A stretch of DNA of 64,000 nt, taken from assembly GCA_977862235.1 (NCBI GenBank), contig OZ374562.1, forward strand, positions 372,001-436,000. Reading direction: 5' to 3'. Made by a program: the position numbers and the translations under genes. Below are positions 56,101 to 64,000 of this stretch, in pieces. Every line of letters starts with the position of its first letter. Position 1 is the first letter of the stretch. The notes below the pieces were generated by a model. That model saw only the letters and a program-made list of their open reading frames with translations. It was not told the DNA's origin and did no database searches. The DNA comes from Dudresnaya verticillata (lineage: Eukaryota).

Positions 56101-57411
56101 TGTGGCATGCTCGCAGGAAAGGGGAAGAGGGCAGGGCGGGGGAGAGGGCGGGGGAGAGGGCGGGGAAAGGGGGCGTCCTCTTCTCGCGAGCGCGAGGTTG
56201 TTGGTGATTCCCTGCTAGGTGGGGAGGGTGTTGCCGTGGGCGTGTTCGGTGACTGAAAAGGCACAAGTGCGGGCAAAGCGCGAATGGAAGGAGGGTGGTG
56301 CAGTATGTGTGCGTTTGGGGGCCGCATGGGTGCCGGCGTGGGAGGAAGTGGACTGGAAGGGGAACCAGAAGGCGGCGTAGTGCGGAGGCGCAGTTTCCGC
56401 AGTGTCGAAGAAATGCTTTCAGTGTGCTTGACACGATTGAGATGTGCAGTGGTCACTTGCGAAGCGTTCCACTGTAAGCACTCGCGTTTTCAGAGTTGTT
56501 TCGGCGGTCGGGCGTTTCGGGGCGCAGGCAACAAACATGCTCAACCAAAATGGCACGCCGCCGCCGCGCCTTGCCCCAACCGCAGCCAGCCAGCAAGGCG
56601 GCCACCACTTGGCGCGCACTGGGTGGCCATCTTCCCGCAATGATTGGCCGCGGGCGCTGCCGCGACTGCGCGAGATGCCTTGGGCTACCGACCGCTTGGA
56701 AACACAAAGCGCTCGCGCTCGGCGCGTTTCTAGAGCGTCCCTGCGGCAGGGACTGAGCCAAAGGCGAGCCCCTACGCGCACGGGTGCGACAACGGGACGC
56801 TCCAGGAGGCTCTCACGCGCGAAGTGCCTCGGCCCGCGGGGCGATTACTCGTGGCTCCTCAAACGTCTTCCGCGCCGCGTTTCTTGCGCGGACTCACATG
56901 CCGCCCGGCGGGCCGTGCCAATGGTGCATTCCCACGGCGCACGCACACAGCCTCTGAATTCATTGGCCCAATCTCCGGCAATATCTCGCGCGGTATCTAT
57001 CCTTTTTGCACGGTGTATCCCATCAATCCCGGACAGTCTGTCTCATATTGTGCAAGTCGGGCCAGAATTGAAAAAATCCTAAAACCTTTTCAGATTTCCT
57101 GCGAAATCAGAATCTGCCCAACACTGTCACTGATCTCATTCTCGCGTTGATCAATCGGAGGTGGGAAGCCGCACGAAATCTTCCTCGTTTCGCTCATGCC
57201 GCATGCGCTCTACCGCCGACGTCCAACATACGCTCTTCGATTGGCTCGTCACCACCCTCTCCCCAACCCTCTGATCTCATCTTCCGCGCACAAATCCAGT
57301 CCAGCCTCGCGTCTACCAGTTGCGAGCGCCCCCTCGCCCCCTTCCCAAGCTCTCGTCGACTCCTCGTCCTCTCCCCTCCTCCACCCCCGTCGGCCGCACC
57401 CCCGCTTCACC

Positions 57412-58239
57412 ATGAACCCCGCCTTCACCGCCCCGACCGTCCCGTCGCTTTTCCTGGGCGCCCGCCTCACCCCTGCGAGATGCCACGTCGCCACGCCGCG
57501 CCGCGCCGCCGCGCCGCCCTCGCGCGCCGTCCCGCGCATGCACGGCCCGGCCGCCACGCCTGAGACTGACCGCCGCCGCCGCCCGGGCGAACACAAGGGC
57601 TTCGTCGAGGAGATGCGCTTTATCGCCATGCGCCTGCACACCAAGGACCAGGCCCCGCGTGAGGGTGAGCAGGAGGCCTCGGCCCTGCCCATCGACGCCT
57701 GGTTCCCGGCCCGTGCCGACTTTATGCAGTTCCTCATCGACAGCCGTGCCGTGTACGACTACTTTGAGAACCACCTCACAACCAAGGAAGCCGGCCACCC
57801 TATCTTCTCCCGTTTCTCTGATACAGGCCTTGAGCGCCTTGACGCGCTTGACAAGGACATTGCATACCTCAATGGTCTCGGTGTCGAGACCCCGCTGCCC
57901 ACCGTCAAGGCCACTCGCTATGTTGACTATATGAAGGGGCTTGTGGAGGACAAGCCCGAGTCTGTCTTATGCCATTGGTACAACTACTATTTTGCTCACA
58001 GCGCTGGGGGTCGCATGATCGGCCGCCTTATGCAGGACCGCCTCTTTGACGGGCGCCAGTTCGAGTTCTATAAATGGGAATCGGAGGTGAAAGAGATTTT
58101 GAACAAGGTCCGCGTTATCATCGATGAGGTCGCCGCAGAGTGGCCTCGCGACGTAAAGGATGAGTGCCTGAAGGAAACAGGCCTGGCTTTTGGGTATTCT
58201 GGTACCGTCCTGCAGAATCTTGCAAAGGCCTCAAGTTAA
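57412..58239 (+). CDS. HO1: Plastid-targeted heme oxygenase (plant HY1/HO1-type)
   Basis: Transit peptide MNPAF...VPRM, then GFVEEMRFIAMRLHTKDQ (proximal His) and CHWYNYYFAHSAGGRMIG. Confidence 0.92.
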   Translation: MNPAFTAPTVPSLFLGARLTPARCHVATPRRAAAPPSRAVPRMHGPAATPETDRRRRPGEHKGFVEEMRFIAMRLHTKDQAPREGEQEASALPIDAWFPARADFMQFLIDSRAVYDYFENHLTTKEAGHPIFSRFSDTGLERLDALDKDIAYLNGLGVETPLPTVKATRYVDYMKGLVEDKPESVLCHWYNYYFAHSAGGRMIGRLMQDRLFDGRQFEFYKWESEVKEILNKVRVIIDEVAAEWPRDVKDECLKETGLAFGYSGTVLQNLAKASS

Positions 58240-58670
58240 CTGCGTTGATTAGTACACCGCTTTGGACCCCCGAGCCGAACCCTAGTACGGCGAAACCACT
58301 CGATCCAGTAAACAGTTCTCCAGCACCCCTCATTTACTTTTCGCGGCTTCGCACTATTGTCGATGAAAGTTAGGCGCATGCGACCGAGCTTCGGTGGCAT
58401 ATCCGCTTTGCGGAGAACGCATGCCCAGCTTCCTGCAATTAATAATGCCAAGCACGTGCGCCGCGCCAATAGGGCTATGCAGCGACAACATGCAATGCTC
58501 TCCATAAGCCCGCAAAGCGACCTTTGCTTTCCGTCCTGAGCAACGCAATAACCAAGAGCAGCTATTCAAATACCACACGTGAGATCATCAGGGGTCCCGA
58601 CGCAGTGCACCTGTACATCCGCCTTCACATAGGGAAGAGCTCCAGCAGCAATGAAGCAACTCCTTTCAAA

Positions 58671-59804
58671 TCACCACCTGCCGTCTTGTTCGTCATACCT
58701 ATCATGACCACGACCACGACCGCGTCCGCGCCCGCGGCCGCCAGGAGAATAGCGGCCATCCGGCGGTGGACCGCGGCCTCGACCTCGAGGAGACATGTCA
58801 TTCTCTCGGGGATGTCCGCGACCGCGCCCGCGGCCGCGACCATGGGGAGAAAAGTCACCGTCAGGTGGTGGCAGCGGGCGGCCACGAGGTGACATGCCTC
58901 CGCGCCCCGGAGGAGGGCCGTAATGTCCCGGCGGAGGTCCGCGTCGACCATCGTAATGATCTTCATCATAACGACGAGGCGGTGGCCCACGCGGCCCTCG
59001 ATCAAAGTCCCCGGGCGGGGGAGGCCCCCTGAAGTCCCTTTGAGGCGGCGGACCGTTCCTCATATCCGCCGGAGGACCATCAAAACGACCGTCGCGCATA
59101 TCCCGCGGCGGCATGTCATGCGGCGGCAAGCGCGGGGGCCCACCACGGCGATCATCACGGTGGTCCGGAGAGTGACCTCTGCCGCGACCGAAAGGAGGAC
59201 CAGGTGGCCCGTCTAGTCGGGGAGGCCCACCTCGTCCTAGAGGTGGACCATGTCGCCCATTGAAAGCAGGTGGCGGAATATCACGACGCATCTCCAGAGG
59301 TCTCGGCGGGGGCGGCAACGGCTGGCGAGGCTCATGCCTGCCGGGAGAAACAGTCGGCGGCGGAGGAGGAGGAAGAGGAGGCGGGATTGGCTTGCGAAGG
59401 TCGTGAAAGATGAATATGTGAGCAGACTTGCCGAAGCGGATTCGCGCACCTGGCAAGAGTTCAGTACGAACTACGTATGGAACCAAGGTGTCATTGACGA
59501 ATGTGCCACTGCCAGACTCAAGATCTTGAATGTAGCACTTCCCATCTCCGCTGCCAAATGCCACTACTGCGTGCTGCCCCGAAATGGAAGGATGCCCGAC
59601 AAAAACATGAGCAGCTCCCATGTCCCTGCCGAACAACAAAAAAGGTATCTCGGGAAAGAAGTGTACTGTGCTTATCTCCGCCCCGGTGCGCGCAAACGTT
59701 TCCTGGAATGCGAAATTGGCATTTGGCTTATTGTCTACCCATGGCGGCGGCGCAAAGTTGTGTCGTGAAGGGTACGAGACAGGCGGGACTCCGGCGATTG
59801 CCAT
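58671..59804 (-). CDS. FHA-domain protein with Pro/Arg/Gly (RGG) low-complexity tail
   Basis: FAPPPW, LFGRD...GHPSISGQHAVV...IQDLESGSGTFVN...IRFGKS, and C-terminal GRGRGRG/SPR repeats. ATG at 59804 (MAIAGV). Confidence 0.85.
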   Translation of the reverse strand: MAIAGVPPVSYPSRHNFAPPPWVDNKPNANFAFQETFARTGAEISTVHFFPEIPFLLFGRDMGAAHVFVGHPSISGQHAVVAFGSGDGKCYIQDLESGSGTFVNDTLVPYVVRTELLPGARIRFGKSAHIFIFHDLRKPIPPPLPPPPPPTVSPGRHEPRQPLPPPPRPLEMRRDIPPPAFNGRHGPPLGRGGPPRLDGPPGPPFGRGRGHSPDHRDDRRGGPPRLPPHDMPPRDMRDGRFDGPPADMRNGPPPQRDFRGPPPPGDFDRGPRGPPPRRYDEDHYDGRRGPPPGHYGPPPGRGGMSPRGRPLPPPDGDFSPHGRGRGRGRGHPRENDMSPRGRGRGPPPDGRYSPGGRGRGRGRGRGHDRYDEQDGRW

Positions 59805-61983
59805 CTTGCCTTTTGCAAACGAAGTGAATGCTATGCGACACAGAAAATGAAAAGCCCTACTACAAAGAGGACTCTTCGAAAAGATAAGGCTCCTCACCGC
59901 CAGAGACAGCACCACAGCGAACCTAATTAGAGTCCAGCCGTCGGACTCCAAAATCCGCCACAGCAGTTCTCGAACGCCAGCAGCCTTCTTCGTCGGGCCA
60001 AAAGATGCAGCCGTTGCGACGACTGAAGACAAAAGACGTCAATGGGCTTCGGCCCAGCCAGGCAAACACCTCAACAGCGTAAGAAGTTTGGACACAAGCA
60101 CCCAGGTGCTAGCTGGTTCCGGGGAGGTGGGTTGCGTCGACAGATGATGGATCAAAAGGCGGAGGGGGCGGATCACGTTGCCAGCTTTTCTTTTCCTTCG
60201 GGTTCGGCCAAAAGTGTCTGAAAATTAATAAAAGGCGCGGTTTTGCCCACTTTTGGCAAAACGTGGAGGAAAGAGTTCAGCACATCGGCATAAAGAGTAC
60301 AGCATTACAGCACAAAGTGCTCGCAATGGTACAATTTTCCAGGGCCTTTCGCTTTGCCGGTTCCATCATGTTTCCTTCAGATCCCTTGTGATGCAGAAGC
60401 ATGAACAAGAGGGCATCTTGTTGTTGACTCCGGTAAGGGAGGGAAGGATCCTATAATGCGCTCTAGTTATGCGCACCTGAAGTTGGAATGCAAGACAAGC
60501 GGATGGGATATTTATCACGCCAGCTAACCACTACCATTGCACAGACCATCCCACTGCTTCTCCCATCTGATAGATTCGATCTTTTTTTGCCGCATCCCTC
60601 ATCCCAATAGCTCTCAACTGCTCTCGTATCATGGCTAGCACCGCGTCGACGAGGCGTTCTTCGGTTCTATTCTGTCATTCCGCATAAAATTAAAAGGGAG
60701 ACTGAACAGGCGAGAGGCCTTTTGCTCTGCTTCAGTCCATGGTCATGGCTCTATTCTATTCACCTCTCCGGTCGCATGAGAACTCAGGACCAGGAGGGCT
60801 GTAGAAAGCCCAGGGATTTTCTACTCGCTTGAATGGTCCATCGTGCAGGCAAGGGCTAACACAGAAGCATATTAATCACAATTGCAAGGCAACGATTGCG
60901 GAAGCATCAACGAGTTAGCTGAGTAGGCTACCAGTCCTAAAGATTTGCTCCAAAGAGAAGGGCGAACTGCTCTTAGGAGTCCTCGAAATTTCGACCTCGT
61001 GCTCGTTAGGGCATTCCTTACCTTGCATATTGCCGCCCGGCGTTAGCTGTCTTGCAGATCTTCAGCATTTAGGTTGACTGCGTTGCCGTGAATCTAAATT
61101 CAGTTTCAGTCTATGCAGAGGAGGGTGTGCATGAAAAGTTTGTCCCTTGTTTTGAATAGAGGTACTGGTCAAACCGACAATGGGGATTTGCATTGAAGCA
61201 GTGGAACTGAAACCGCCACTATGCTTCTGTTCCCACAAATTCGTATAATCGTAACAATCTCTTGAAAACTGGAGGTAAGCTGGTGAACGCAGCTTGGTCT
61301 GCCCACTTATTTGTATCAACATCTTCGTCTCCCGTGCAATAGAGTCGCAGCTGCAGTACTTCACTGCAACTCCGTCAGTCCATCACCATCTCTTGTAGCC
61401 TTCACCCCTCGCCGTTCAGCAGGAGTCATATCAAGATGTTGCCACGCAATACGCCCTCTCAGCGGAAACGAAAAAGACGCCTACGGCTTGTCCTTGGGAC
61501 GAAACGACCATGCAAAATGTTTAAATTTTAAAGCGATAAACACGCCCCTCTTCAAGTTCGTAAGAGGCAAGGACCTGCTGCAACCGCTTGGTAAAGTCTC
61601 AGCGAACTACGCAAACAGCGACAAAGAGAGCTATGCTCAGGCATGACAGCTCATTCCAGTGGAATGCCGAGAGACTCACCTGCAAGCCTCATACCTAAAC
61701 ATCAACATGACGCACATCGCCACGGATCTCGAGAGCCGCCCCTCTCCAAACCATGAGCAAGGTCAAACGTGCCCTTTGCTGATGGATACATGAACCGCTT
61801 ATTGCAACCGTCCCTAGCCATCTCTAAGTTTGATAAATAATCGTTGTACTACACGGAAGGGGTGGGAGAGAATCACTAGAAGCAGGGACGTTACAATGCA
61901 AGCTTGTACACTTAAAACGAAAGGAAGACGAACAAAACGTGAAGGCTCGGAACAATATTTGCAAATGCAAGCAAGGCAGGTCA

Positions 61984-62994
61984 ATGGAACTGGGGCACAA
62001 CTTTTGGTTGCCGCGAGCCTCTAGCACTCATGCAACTGGAGTGTCGGGAGGAAGTTGTAACAGTGGTTCTTCAAGTCGAGGCCGCACGCCAAATGGTCGT
62101 GATCGGATGCGGGTGAAGTACTTGCTTAACCACGATGATAGAAAGAGCGGAACATCATCAGTGTCAAGCGGGTCAAGGGGCAGTCATGGGAGGTCGCGAC
62201 GTTCAAGGCGACGCGGAGGCGAGAGCTGGCATGCGCAAGAAGCAGTATCAGGGCGCACCTCGAACGAGGAGGCGACGAGGCATCCAGGGGAGGAGTCCCT
62301 TCAGTTGACTCACGACGCTTTGCCACGTGATTCGCATGAGGCGTCGCCACGCAGATCGCACGATGTAGCAGGCACGCGTTCGGGCGACAATGGGGGCCGG
62401 GAGGGCGGTGAGGGGTCACGAAAGTATGAGCAGGCTGTGTTGGCGCGATACGGAGAGGTGTTGACAAGGGCAAGCGCGAGCCGCGACGTGCAGATGATGG
62501 CGTTGTTCAGCAGAGCAGAGGCTCCGCGGGTTGCCAGGACTGCGGGTGTTGCTGGAACGAGCAACAGTGGGCTGGCGGCGACGCCGAAAAGTATCATGGT
62601 TCGGTCAGGGTCGTCGCCGGGATTACACGGGCGGGGCGGGCTGCACGTGAAGGGTGGAGGCGCGGCGGCGGTGGGCAAGGGGCGTCGGAGCAAGGGTGGG
62701 GGCGGGGGCGGGGAGGCGAAGGCGCGGCGGTTCATGTGCGGGCAGTGCGGGTTTGCGTTCGGAATGCGGTCGAACCTGAAGCGACACGTGATGACGGTGC
62801 ACGAAGACCGGCGCAAGTTCAAGTGCGAGATGTGCGGGGCGGCGTTCGGGCTGAAGCAGAACCTGTCGACACACGTGCGAGTGAAGCACGAGAAGCGGCG
62901 GCCGTTTGAGTGCGATGTGTGCTCGATGAGCTTCGGGTACAAGCAGGTGCTCCAAAACCACCGGCGAAACATCCATGGGCTTCCGGACAGGTGA
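61984..62994 (+). CDS. C2H2 zinc-finger transcription factor (3 fingers)
   Basis: Fingers CGQC..HVMTVH, CEMC..HVRVKH, CDVC..HRRNIH. In-frame ATGs at 61984 and 62107 (MRVKYLLN). Confidence 0.9.
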   Translation: MELGHNFWLPRASSTHATGVSGGSCNSGSSSRGRTPNGRDRMRVKYLLNHDDRKSGTSSVSSGSRGSHGRSRRSRRRGGESWHAQEAVSGRTSNEEATRHPGEESLQLTHDALPRDSHEASPRRSHDVAGTRSGDNGGREGGEGSRKYEQAVLARYGEVLTRASASRDVQMMALFSRAEAPRVARTAGVAGTSNSGLAATPKSIMVRSGSSPGLHGRGGLHVKGGGAAAVGKGRRSKGGGGGGEAKARRFMCGQCGFAFGMRSNLKRHVMTVHEDRRKFKCEMCGAAFGLKQNLSTHVRVKHEKRRPFECDVCSMSFGYKQVLQNHRRNIHGLPDR

Positions 62995-63916
62995 TGGAGC
63001 GCGATTGAGCGGTGCCACTCGCGACATGTGCTCCGAGTGCTCACGGCGGGTGCGCCGCTCGGGGCTGTAATGCGGAGTGGGCGGAGTGGCTCCGGGGGGG
63101 AATCGCCTTCTGCTTTTTTGGGTTACTTTTTGGAGGCGGCGCGATGTGGAACTGAACAGGAAGGAACATGGCGCGTAAAAATGTTGTAAAGATGCAGCCG
63201 AAAGCGCGACACGTGCCACTCGTTGGCTGTCAGTCGGCCAGTCGGTGCGCCCAGCCCCATCGGACCGGGCCGCCCGGGCCCGCATTGCCGCGGACAGGCT
63301 GTCCGGCGGAGGTAAGGCGCACGCGCGCCTGCGCGGTGTAATGCGATCAGTTTGAGAGCGCTCTACGAACGTTGATTGCTCGAGACGCACCCCGCTCTGT
63401 AATGCGGTGCCGAAGCTGTACGCAAGGCGGTACGACTGCGCGCCCCGACCGGGCCACAGTGGGCGCGATCAAACTTCGATCAAGCGCCGCCATACACTCG
63501 CGCCGCGCTGGATTGACCGCGCCCCACGCCCCCCTTTTCGGGCGCACGCCTCCCCTCCCTGCGCATCCGCGTCGACACTACTATCTCTCCCCCTCACCCA
63601 CCCACACCCCAACACAAACACCCGCCCACCACCCCTCCCGCCCCCGCCGACCCCCGCCGCCCCCACCCGCCACCGCTTCGCCCTTTTCTTCCCCCCCCCA
63701 TCCATCCATCTATCCATTCATCCATCCGAAACCTCCCGTCTCCCGTCTCCCGTCTCCCGTCTCCGCTCCTCCCTACTACCGCTCACTCCTCCTCCCTTCC
63801 GCTCGGTCCACGCTCCCCCCTTCTCCTTTCCGTCCGCGAGTCCCTTCCCCCCTCCACCCCCGCCGGCCCCGCCCGCCGCCGCCCACCCGCCCCACCCCGC
63901 CTCCACTCCCCGCCCA

Positions 63917-64000
63917 ATGTGGCGCAAGCTGCGCTCGCGCGGCCGCGCCCGTCGCGCCACGAAGGCCGCCTCTGCGTCCGCCCCGTCCACTCCGCTGCCG
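63917..64000 (+). CDS. Probable 5' end of a gene running off the window
   Basis: ATG after a C-rich leader like those of the other genes here. The frame is open to the window end (MWRKLRSRGRARRATKAASASAPSTPLP). Confidence 0.4.
   Translation, partial: MWRKLRSRGRARRATKAASASAPSTPLP

Overview
This is eukaryotic, intron-poor nuclear DNA, most likely from a red alga. That is an inference from the compact single-exon genes, a red-algal-style plastid transit peptide on a heme oxygenase and the VHE-type C2H2 genes. The window has two very different domains. About 1-30 kb (and again beyond 61 kb) is GC/CpG-rich, microsatellite-rich and gene-sparse, and carries mostly transcription factors: two bHLH paralogs that share a non-canonical basic region and three C2H2 zinc-finger genes. 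About 30-60 kb is gene-dense housekeeping sequence: UBC12, OTU, NEDD8/RUB1, SDR, GT29, Nup98, AP-3 beta, GT92-like, D2HGDH, a GDP-sugar transporter, RING-H2, heme oxygenase and an FHA protein. The most notable observations are: (1) a 9-kb neddylation/deubiquitylation neighbourhood (OTU - Zn-ribbon ORF - UBC12 - OTU - microprotein - NEDD8) in which NEDD8 lacks K11, K48 and K54; (2) bHLH paralogs with HxxHTRxSR instead of HxxxERxRR, next to a dense TACTGTA/TACAGTA motif field; (3) a spliced 58-aa membrane microprotein missed by the ORF track; (4) three Golgi glycosylation genes close together. I recognised no rRNA, tRNA, CRISPR array or intact mobile element. All family calls come from motif recognition by eye; no database searches were run.
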